A stretch of 64,000 bases of DNA from Octopus bimaculoides (lineage: Eukaryota), in NCBI RefSeq assembly GCF_001194135.2, contig NC_069002.1:1184865-1248864 (forward strand), given 5' to 3'. Of the stretch, positions 53,296-64,000 are shown piece after piece. Position 1 is the first letter of the stretch; the number at the start of each line of letters is the position of its first letter. The notes beneath the pieces are model-generated. The model made no database searches. It saw nothing but the letters and a program-made list of their open reading frames with translations, and was not told where the DNA came from. The position numbers and the translations under genes were made by a program.

Positions 53296-54269
53296 NNNNN
53301 NNNNNNNNNNNNNNNNNNNNNNNNNNNNNNNNNNNNNNNNNNNNNNNNNNNNNNNNNNNNNNNNNNNNNNNNNNNNNNNNNNNNNNNNNNNNNNNNNNNN
53401 NNNNNNNNNNNNNNNNNNNNNNNNNNNNNNNNNNNNNNNNNNNNNNNNNNNNNNNNNNNNNNNNNNNNNNNNNNNNNNNNNNNNNNNNNNNNNNNNNNNN
53501 NNNNNNNNNNNNNNNNNNNNNNNNNNNNNNNNNNNNNNNNNNNNNNNNNNNNNNNNNNNNNNNNNNNNNNNNNNNNNNNNNNNNNNNNNNNNNNNNNNNN
53601 NNNNNNNNNNNNNNNNNNNNNNNNNNNNNNNNNNNNNNNNNNNNNNNNNNNNNNNNNNNNNNNNNNNNNNNNNNNNNNNNNNNNNNNNNNNNNNNNNNNN
53701 NNNNNNNNNNNNNNNNNNNNNNNNNNNNNNNNNNNNNGTGTCTGTGTATGTATGTGTGTGTATCTATATATATAATGTATATATATAATTGTGTGTGTAT
53801 ATATGTATGTGTGTGTGTATGTATATATGTAGAAAGCCGAGAGAAAAAAGTAAAACTAATATAGTGTCACCTATATTTTGTTTTCAATTAGAAAAGCGTG
53901 CGATCTTCAGGCGGGTGCGTGTTTTCAGCCCAATTTTGTTTTTCTTTTATTACTGCGAATACTCTACATTCCTGAAGTCTGTGATACACACGAGAAAAGC
54001 ACGAACTTGTTGATACCGTGTCCTTCCGCCGATAAGATATAGCCCACCTTTCAATCATCTCTCGGAGAAAGGATTGATACGGTCGTAAATAGGTCACACC
54101 TAGCTTGCTTTGAAGATGGTGAGGGAAAATTTTCTATTGGCTTTGATGGACAAATGAGGTGTGAGATGAGTTTCGCTTCACAACCATGTACTATCATGTT
54201 GCGTCCCTCTGTGCAGCCATTTTGGAAGTGTTTTGTAAAATAAACTCGGCTGTGTCCACCTTTTTGCTT

Positions 54270-54455
54270 GTGCCTGACTCGCTCCACTCGACAACAATTG
54301 TTGGTTTGTTTATGTCCCCGAAACTTCAGCATTCTGAAAAACATAATATAAGTACAAGATTTAGAATAAGTATTCAGTTAGATTTGTTTGACTAGAAACT
54401 TCAAGGCATCATTCCAGCATGGCCGCAGTAGAGTGACTTTAAGCAAGTAAAAAGA
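54270..54455 (+). mobile_element. SINE family B 3' half
   Basis: TTGGTTTGTTTATGTCCCCG..TTCCAGCATGGCCGCAG. Confidence 0.75.
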
Positions 54456-55231
54456 TCTTTTCTCAATTGCTAATCTTTTTAGTTGAGTACAGCCATAGTT
54501 ACAGCAGAGAAGTGAAGAAAAGATTATGAAACATTCTTGCTGAGTCCGGTTATAGATACATTGTTGAGCAGACATAATGTATACATGACAAATTGTCCTG
54601 TTTGATCGTATTATTTTTAAGCTATTTTAATCTCAAGGAAATTCTATGCGACATTAGTACGCTACATTACATTACCGGAAGATAAACCTATTCACCATCT
54701 GTATCGATGCACCAATACAGATGTGCAATTATGTTTATCTTATTTAAATGTATTGAGAATAATGTTAGACTAAAACTTAAAATAGAGAAAGCTACTTTAA
54801 ACTTTTTTTTTAATACCGACATTAGTCGTAATAGAATTTGCATGGAAGAACGTTGAAAGACTTTTTCTGTGAATTCAATTAATAGTACACGACTGAAAAT
54901 TTAACCAATTTGAAAAAAAATTATTATGTAACAATACTGAGTTAGCATAGGTTTTTGCAGATATTTCTTAATTCAATAATTTCTTTAATTCTACATTTTT
55001 TTATGCAAAATAACATATTATAAAGATTTGTTTTGTTGTACCTACTTCCAACGTGTATTTTTAAATTGTTTCAGTTGTTTTTTTTACCACGAACATACTT
55101 CAAAGAAACCACGTGTTTGTATGTATTATTATGTAGTAACAATGTTTCTCGTGTTGCTACATCGTGACTACGTATGTATTATACACTGTGTTCTACCTAT
55201 ACACTACATAGTATCCGTTGTGCATTTATAT

Positions 55232-55632
55232 TTTCCCAACCTCATGGTTTCGGGTTCAATCCCACTATGTGGCACCTTCGGCAACTGTTATAGCTTCGAG
55301 CTGACCAAAGCCTCGTGAGTGGACTGAGCACACAGTAACTGAAAGAAGCTCGTCGTATCTGTGTGTATGTGTGTTCGTGTGTTTGTGTGCGTGTGTGTGT
55401 GTGTGTGTTCGTGCGTGCGTGCGTGCCTTTGTGTCTGTGCTTGTCCCCGCTACCGCTTGACAACCAGTGTTAATGTATTTACGCTCTGTTAACCGAGCAG
55501 TTCTGTAAAATAGACCGATAAAATAAGTAGCAAAAGGTACTAGACTCGATTCATTGGACTAAATATACTTCATGGCGTTGCCCCAGCATGGCCTCAGTCT
55601 AATGGCTGAAACAATTACAAGATAAAAGATAA
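55232..55632 (+). mobile_element. SINE family B, full composite: tRNA head, internal (TG)n, 3' half, GATAAAA tail
   Basis: All three modules are contiguous. Confidence 0.85.
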
Positions 55633-55797
55633 GCAATTTCACTCTCAAAGATTGCAGCGATGAAAGTGAAGCAAAGTCTTTTGCGTGACACGAAATATAA
55701 ACATGCAACAATATTTAATTTAAGTGAATTTTTTTCTTTACTTTGGCGCGGGAGGCAAACGATGAATTATTGCAACGCTTTGTGGAGGAGAAAATAA

Positions 55798-55828
<31 letters not shown>

Positions 55829-56458
55829 TGCTGCTGCAGTTGTAGAAGTAGTGAGATGCTGTTGTAGCTGTTGTTGGTGGTGGCGGTCATTGTTGAACTG
55901 GTAGTTTATTATTCTCCTCGTTGTCTTATAGCCTCAAATCAGTATTGAACCAGATACAAATGCCAGAGATCGACTGACAAGCCACTATGTATGATGAACC
56001 ATTGCGGCAAATATACCCTGCTTCTTTCTCTGCCTAGTTAAGATTACTCCATACGATGTGCCTCACAACACTGTATTGTATGAGCAGCAGTTAAATTATC
56101 GTGGTCAGCGGTGCTCTACCTAATATGTCCGGAATTATATATGACGTAACACAAGGCGGTGCTGTTAATCCCGCTGTAAATCTTTAGCATCGTATTAGAT
56201 GAAGAGACAGACGCGTTGAAAATATGAGTGATGCTCAGATTCACTACAGATGACAGCTATTTCTGTTGATGAATCATTCTGCACAGACATCCGCAGACTC
56301 TCGATTACGTACCCAGGCGTTCATGAGAACCTTCTTTACAAGAAACCCAGCGGTGATGTTAATCCTCTGGAAATAAATTTATCTTAAGTAGGTTAGAATT
56401 GCTAAACATTTTTGCCTCCTAGTAATAAGTGACCTCAACTAATATGAATGTCTACAAG

Positions 56459-56493
<35 letters not shown>

Positions 56494-56541
56494 CTTTCTC
56501 TGTATATATCTATCTGTCTGTCTATATACATATACATATAA

Positions 56542-56614
<73 letters not shown>

Positions 56615-57024
56615 TAAGCACATACATATATATATATGTGTGTGTGTGTATAGATATACATATTCATATATATGTATATGTGTGTATATATGTATATATA
56701 AATACATCTGTTTGTAGTTTACACACTCGTCTTCGTCTTTTGCTTTGCTTTTTTTTTGTAAATTCCAACTGTATATACATATATGTATATATATGCATAT
56801 ATATATGTGTGTATATATACATTTATATATATCGCAATAATTTGAAGATGAAATACCTCGAACAGAATGAATCTCATAAGGTCATCGTCAATGCCGATCA
56901 TTTAGTTAACGAATCTTATAAGTAAGACAGAAAAACAGAGAACGACACATCTGCAGGAAAAGAGACTCCTTTGACATAATCCGCCAAGACGAAGAGGTTT
57001 CCAGAACGGTGAAGATGCTGAAGA

Positions 57025-57170
57025 AAGGAAACTGACAGCAAGGTTCTGGATCCACTCCTAACGCGCGACACCTTGGGCATTAGGAGTGGGTCCGGAACCT
57101 TGCTGTTCGACTAAAATTCTCCAAGACGCTCCCCCAACATGGCCGCAGTCTAATGAGTAAAACAAGTAGT
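57025..57170 (+). mobile_element. SINE family B copy whose middle is replaced by an inverted duplication (hairpin 57035-57106)
   Basis: Head fragment GGTTCTGG..GACACCTTGGGCA, inverted arm, then the 3' CAACATGGCCGCAGTCTAATG. Confidence 0.75.
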
Positions 57171-57611
57171 TCGCGAAACAAGTAGTACACACACACACAC
57201 ACACACACATACATAAATACACAAACACACAATCTTACACATCCACATACATGTGTGCGTTTGTATGTGTATGTATTTATTTGCAAACACATAGATAACT
57301 CCGAGGATGTAAACGCATACATACGCACGCGCGCACACGATCGCACACATCCACATAAAGACAAACACGCACACATATAGGTAAGGAGTAGATGGCTGTG
57401 ACCTTGCGAGAAGATGGAGAATTGTTGAGGGTGGGGAAATTAATACATCATCGGGTGCACAACAAACACATCAAAACTATCGGCATCATATAATATATAC
57501 CCTGATACCCGTGAAACATCGCTGATCAAAAGATTTCCTTGACGCCATCATTATATTACGAAGTAGACTGAAGTTTATTGAGAGAAAGACAGACAGGGGA
57601 GAGAAACAGCA

Positions 57612-57642
<31 letters not shown>

Positions 57643-57781
57643 AAGAGAAACAGTGACAGGGAGAGAAAGTGAAATATGAATGTTTGGGTGTCTTTACAAA
57701 TACACGCACTAATTAACACGGACACAGACATACCAGTACATGTACGACAATATACATATACACATACGAAAACACGCGACA

Positions 57782-57814
<33 letters not shown>

Positions 57815-57839
57815 AATATATATATATATATTTATATAT

Positions 57840-57901
<62 letters not shown>

Positions 57902-58570
57902 CACACAAATATTTATATCGCCATTCTCCAGAGTTGCGTAGTTCTTTTTCTTAAACTGATATGTGCATTGAAATGTATTCTGATTTACGACTCGAGTATA
58001 TTCTTTTATGTATGTATGTATGTATGTATCTATCTATCTATTCATCTCCGTCTGTCTGTCTATCTTTATATCTACCTATGATTTATCTATCTCTCTCTTT
58101 ATTTCTACTTCTCTGTGTGTGTATTAGTGTTTGTTTGTTTGTTTGTTTGCGTGTGTGTGTGTGTGTAAATCAATTCGGTCATATTTCGACGCTTTCCTTA
58201 TATCATTGGTTTCTACACAAGGGTGGACAAAAACGGTATTATTCTCACAGGACACAGCGTGTAGTTCCGCTGATGAAGGCATCACGTGTCCATTCATTTC
58301 AATGAATGTCTGGCTGGTTAGAAAGAGAGATGTATCCAAACAAACTATATAATACACAAATATATACGATTAAAACAATGAAAGAGACAAAAGTTTTTTT
58401 TCTTTTTCGTAATCTCACTGATTCTATAAAAAAGGTTTTGTCATTTAGTATTACGACTGATCATACTGTTTTAAAAATTCATTTCAATTATATCTCGTTC
58501 CTCACTTGACAAATTCAAGGAATTATTTGAATAGGTGATATTCCGACCCATGCATGCATGGAAGTCTTAC

Positions 58571-58655
58571 TCTTTTGCAGAACCGCTGAGTTACGGGGAC
58601 GAAAATACGTCGACACCACTTTTCAAGTGGTGGTGAGAGACAAAAACAGGCACAC
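58571..58655 (-). mobile_element. SINE family B 3' fragment
   Basis: TCTTTTGCAGAACCGCTGAGTTACGGGGACG..TCAAGTGGTGG. Confidence 0.7.
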
Positions 58656-59146
58656 ATAATTACACACACACACACTACTATGAATCCCTAGCTCCAGCCT
58701 TAGCTGTGAACTTGGACTCTAACCGATGACCAGTTATAGCACTTACACAGCGTACCTATTTGTTTAGATCACCATACATATGCAGAATTAAAAGAAATAC
58801 GAGAAGAAAAGTAGACGGACTGACAGACACATAGATAGATAGAGGGACAGACAGATAGACAGACAGACAGGAAGATAGATAAATAGACAGACAGACAGAC
58901 AGACAGATAGATAATAGATAGGAAGGCGGACAGTGATACATTTAGATGGAAGTTTCTAGTACGGTAAATATCTAGACCTCATTAAGGTCCGTACTTTTCT
59001 GTTCTCTCCAGAAGGATTCAGTCCTCTGGAGAAATGGTAAATGTCTTCGGATCAACGGTTCTGTGAGTGATGTATTAACGTAAAGTTAGTGTTGTTAATG
59101 AGGGGAAAAATATAGCCGCAAAAACAGTGGAGTGTGTCGCTATGTA

Positions 59147-59189
<43 letters not shown>

Positions 59190-59687
59190 CTTTTTCATTT
59201 TTCTATGCCATATATGCATATATATGTATGAATATATGTATATATATATATATGTGTGTGTGTACGCGCGTTCATGTGTGTGTACATGTATAAGAATATA
59301 TATGCGTGAGCATGTATTTGCCTGCGTGTACTTTGTGCATTAATGTCTACATTATTCGACATAACCTTTCTTTTATTTGAGCGGTAAGATGTAATTCCAG
59401 AGAGATTCAGTTTCCATTTTTAGCGGCTCGAACCTCCTCTGAGACTCCTACTTTACTCGTCTCATAGACACTATATGAGTCGTTGGAAACTTTTATGTGA
59501 CTAAAGGAGTCAAAGTGAAGCGACATGTAAGCGATACATGCATCTTTCTCATTAATTGATGTCCAGATCAAAAATGCAAAGTCTGAAGATAAAAGTAGTC
59601 GTGTCCTTTTATTTCTAGACAGAATAAATGGGAAATACCACTTACTGACCAAAGGTTAAAATATTACAAACTTTGTGAGACGGTGAT

Positions 59688-59839
59688 TAGATCGATCCCC
59701 GTAAGCAACTGGTACTTAATTTATCGAGCCCGAAAGGCAAATTCGACCTCGGCAGAATTTGAACTCAGAACGTAAAGACAGACGAAATACTGTTAAGCAT
59801 TTTGCCCGGCGTGTTAATGTTTCTGCCAGCTCGCCGCCT
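59688..59839 (-). mobile_element. SINE family A, low divergence, 3' end missing
   Basis: GGCGGCGAGCTGGCAGAAAC head, GAGTTCAAATTC B box, core domain. Confidence 0.9.
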
Positions 59840-61526
59840 TAGAGCAAACGCAAATTGCGACAATAATAAAGACTACTTGATTCCTTGTTAAATGGTAACA
59901 AATGGCAACTGCAGTGGGTCCTGCTTCCGGATTCCTGGCAATTATTGTTGTAGTCATTGTCGTTGTCCTTCCAGTCGCTTAACCCCAGCTCATCAAACTC
60001 CAGTTGAACCATGTCCGAGGACATTCGACTCCTCAAGTTTCAGTTACTTCTCTTTTCAAGCATAACATATCTAGAAACACACGGTGTAACGTGTTTTCTC
60101 TATTTCAAACATGACTAGCGGGTAATTTTCAAAATATTTGACTGCACTTTCTAACAAGTCCAGCGACCACTCACAAGGCAGCTCGTAGCTTTGTTGGTGG
60201 ATGTAAACCAAGATGGAGAAAATAACGACAACGCTAGATTCATTGTTTGCATACAGCGTCCCCTAATATCTTAAATCATAATTAAAAACAGTTTTTTAAA
60301 ATCCCTAGTAACGTCACGAAGTACAATTCCCAGGCGTACCATGGCAATCTGGGTAGTCTGAAAAAATCTTCACCAGAAGCATGTTTTTATATTTTTTTTA
60401 GATTATTTTTAGTATGTCACGTGCTTCTCATTTTTTTCTTTTGTTTGCTTTCTTGTGGTGGTGGTGGTGGTGGTGGTGGCGGCGGGTTGGGTTGTTAGAG
60501 AAAACTACACAGACATGGTACATACTCACATGTATGCAGGTACGCACATCAACATGCATACACACACTCGAATTCACACATGCACACGTATTTGGTCTGC
60601 CGATTTGTTTGTCAGTCTGTCTCTTTTTTGCATACATATACATACATACATATACATACATATATATATATATATCAATATACACATACATACATACATT
60701 CATATATNNNNNNNNNNNNNNNNNNNNNNNTATATATATATATATATATATATATATGAATGTATGTATTTTTGTACGTGTGTATGTGAATATGTATGAA
60801 TATATGTGTGTATACGTAGTTTCGCAAAACTCCGAGTCCGACCACAAAATAATACCATCGCTGCAATTAATATTTGCATTATATTGAATTCATTATTTTT
60901 CTTGTTTGCAAACGTGCACTGAACAATTCAGACACACACGGACACACACACATCAAACATGCAGTAGACAAATCGCGATGCACACACAAAATATAAATTC
61001 ACAAACATACACGCACACAGAAGCACATACACACACATAATACGCACTCGCAAATATACACAGAACGGCATAGATAGACGCATGCGTACACTGTGTTACG
61101 CTTCTTTGCTGAGCGTTCCTTCGTTTTGCTGTTACATTCAGTTTATCGGTTCGTATTGCTAACGTCGTCGTTACGATCAAGGTCCACGTTCTGTGGTGGT
61201 TACTGAATTCATTTGCATCATCGTCATCATCATCATCGTCATCATCATCATCGTCGTCGTCGTTATCATCATCATCAACGACAAATATTTTTGCTTCTTC
61301 TTTTTCATTATCACATGTTTTTCTCTCCTTCTTCTCTCCTCTTTCATTCTTTCTTTTCCTTTTCATTCTTTTCGGCCACTTTTTCTTCTCCATCTCCTGG
61401 TTACAATTCTTTTACTTACAACTTGCGTGACGTCTGCATCGTTCTTTCGTTCTTGTAATTCTTGTGATTGTTGGTGTTTTTTACTTCCATTTTCATCATT
61501 CAATCATTCTTTTATCTAAAGTGACA

Positions 61527-61563
<37 letters not shown>

Positions 61564-61851
61564 GTGTGCCTGCATATATTTGCCCATTTATTTAGTTATT
61601 TATGTCTGTATTACATATTTTTACTTTTCTTTCGTATATTTTTTCCCCAGTAGACCATCTTTAAATTTCTTTTGAAGTCACAGTTTTTTTAAGGTTTATA
61701 TATATGCACACAAAAATGTGTATGTGTGTGTTAATGCGTACGTGCGTGTATATGTACGTATATATATATATACATACACGAATAAATACGCACATATATA
61801 CAGACACACATGTATATTCCTATATAGATAGATTTATATATATGTATATGC

Positions 61852-61934
<83 letters not shown>

Positions 61935-62751
61935 TGTGAGTATATAAACACAAGAATATAGATTTTTCTATATATGTTTATACATATAGACATATTTACA
62001 TATATGTATGCACACACATATACATATATATGCATATATACACATATATATGCACAGATATATATAGATATTTTTTCAAATACCTATGCATATATACATA
62101 CACGCACAAACACTCAAATGCGCACAACCACACACAGACCTATATACATATGTCAATACGCACCACACCCCTACCCCCATAGGTATTCCTATCAGGCATA
62201 AAAGCTAAACAAATAACAACAAACCAACTATATTCGATAATGAAATTTTGCAATGGAAATGAAGAAGACGTCTCCATTGAACGACCCAGACCTGAAACAG
62301 TTTAATTACTTCGCTTTAATCTTCCGTATTTTCTTAATTTGATTGAGAAATATAGAAATACGGTTTGTTATTGCCGATGATATCTTGGAAATATTAGCCC
62401 TTGTACCACCATGCACGCCTTGTCACAGTAATGCTCTGTTTGTGGTGTGTGCGTTTATATTTGTATATGAAACGCACGTACATATACACGCACATGCGCA
62501 TATGCACATACACACACATATATAATGTTTCTAATGATGACGAAGGCGAAGTCGACGACGATGACGACAATGACTTCGGTGATGATGATGAAGAGAGAAT
62601 GACGATGATGAGGATGATGATGAAGATGGTGATGCTGGTGAAAATGATGTTGCTATCGACGACAACGACGATGATGATGAGGAGGAGGAGGAGCAAGAGA
62701 AGGAAGAGTAGGAGAAGGGGGAGGAAACTTTTAGAAATCTTCACTTTCCTA

Positions 62752-62907
62752 TTAGTCGATTACATCAACCCCAGTGCGTAACTGGTACTTATTTTATCGA
62801 CTCGAAAGGGTGAAAGGAAAAATTGACCTTGGCGGAATTTGAACTCAGAACGTAGTGACAGACGAAACACCGTTAAGCATTCCGTCCGGCGTGCTGACGA
62901 TTCTGCT
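62752..62907 (-). mobile_element. SINE family A
   Basis: AACTGGTACTTATTTTATCGAC..GGCGGAATTTGAACTCAGAACG..CCGGCGTGCTGACGATTCTGC. Confidence 0.85.
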
Positions 62908-63166
62908 TTGATGAAGAAGAAAATAATAACAACAACAACAATGTGATTTCACAGATCTTATATTATCTAATAATTCCTCCCAACTTAATCCATTAATGTA
63001 TTCCAGCTTGTGTAACGAGTTGTACATTTACTTTCTTTTGAAATATTCATGTGTTGTGTTCACACCGATCTTTTCCTCTTTCTGCTTTATTATTTTTTTT
63101 GTCTTCTTTCCCATTGTCGTTCCCTTGCGATATATATATATGTATATATATATATATATGTATGTG

Positions 63167-63234
<68 letters not shown>

Positions 63235-63824
63235 TATATATAGAGAGATATGCGTATGTGTGAGTGATTATGTTTGTGACTTTGAGGAAGTAATTATTTG
63301 GCTTTTTATATAACCAATAATAATTTGACAATTGTGTCTTTTTCTTAAAACGTTTCCTTTTTTTGAAGCATATTACTCTCTTAATTTATATTTTTCTACA
63401 TTTTTTTCATTTATGTAATAGTTTGTTTTTTTTACCAAATTCCCAGGATTTTTGTTTTTACATTGTTAATATTAATCGTTATTACAATTATTAAAGCTGC
63501 TGTATAAGCATAAGGTTAGTAGTGTTGCTGTTGTATCCATCTCCATTCTTTTGTCATCATCTTTCTCGTCATTTCCTATTTTTTCATTTCCTCCGCATTT
63601 TCTTTTTTCCTCACAATCTTTTTCTTTCTCCATCGCATTTTATATAATTTTCTTTTGCCTGTTTTTATCTTTCAACATATTCCTTCATCTATTCAATTTT
63701 TCTATGCTTTCTTCGCTTTCTTTTTTATCATTTTAGATTCAATATATCTGAATACGATACGGTTATGCTCGAATAAAAACAGCGTTTCACTTTAGGTCTG
63801 GCTCTCCAGGGCTTATTTGAGGTT

Positions 63825-63880
63825 CAAAAACAGCAATGGCCGGAGTCTAATGACTGAAATTAGAAAAAAGATAAAAGATG
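63825..63880 (+). mobile_element. SINE family B 3' terminal fragment
   Basis: ATGGCCGGAGTCTAATGACTGAAA..GATAAAAGAT. Confidence 0.55.
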
Positions 63881-64000
63881 AAGATATATGTGTAAAACTT
63901 GCTCATCAACGAAATCGTAATTGATACACCTATTCTTACCATCACGTGCACGCACGAAACGCACTTTCACATACAGACACGCACACACACCATGCATGCA

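Noticed and set aside
55742-55753. Perfect E2F site TTTGGCGCGGGA
   Set aside because: A single short motif without supporting context
58270-58292. CTGATGAAGG..CC partial hammerhead
   Set aside because: No GAAA after stem II

Overview
AT-rich, microsatellite-saturated animal genomic DNA from a gapped short-read scaffold. There are 13 N-gaps, nearly all bounded by simple repeats. The repeat content points to a coleoid cephalopod, most likely Octopus (inference from recalled repeat families, no database search). No host protein-coding exon could be supported: almost every ORF in the track is a translated microsatellite or runs through N-gaps, so the window reads as intronic or intergenic. It contains about 30 copies of three tRNA-derived SINE families (labelled A, B, C here) and decayed fragments of Penelope-like elements, CR1/L2 and RTE LINEs, Tc1/mariner transposases and a possible Gypsy gag. 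The most unusual feature is a set of fold-back structures: two adjacent palindromes at 7.9-8.3 kb, a 750-bp inverted repeat at 43.2-44.0 kb between Penelope remnants, and a 27-bp-stem hairpin that appears to have arisen inside a SINE at 57.0 kb. There are also two hammerhead-like cores and a SINE family that carries an internal microsatellite. No complete novel gene system is demonstrable from sequence alone.
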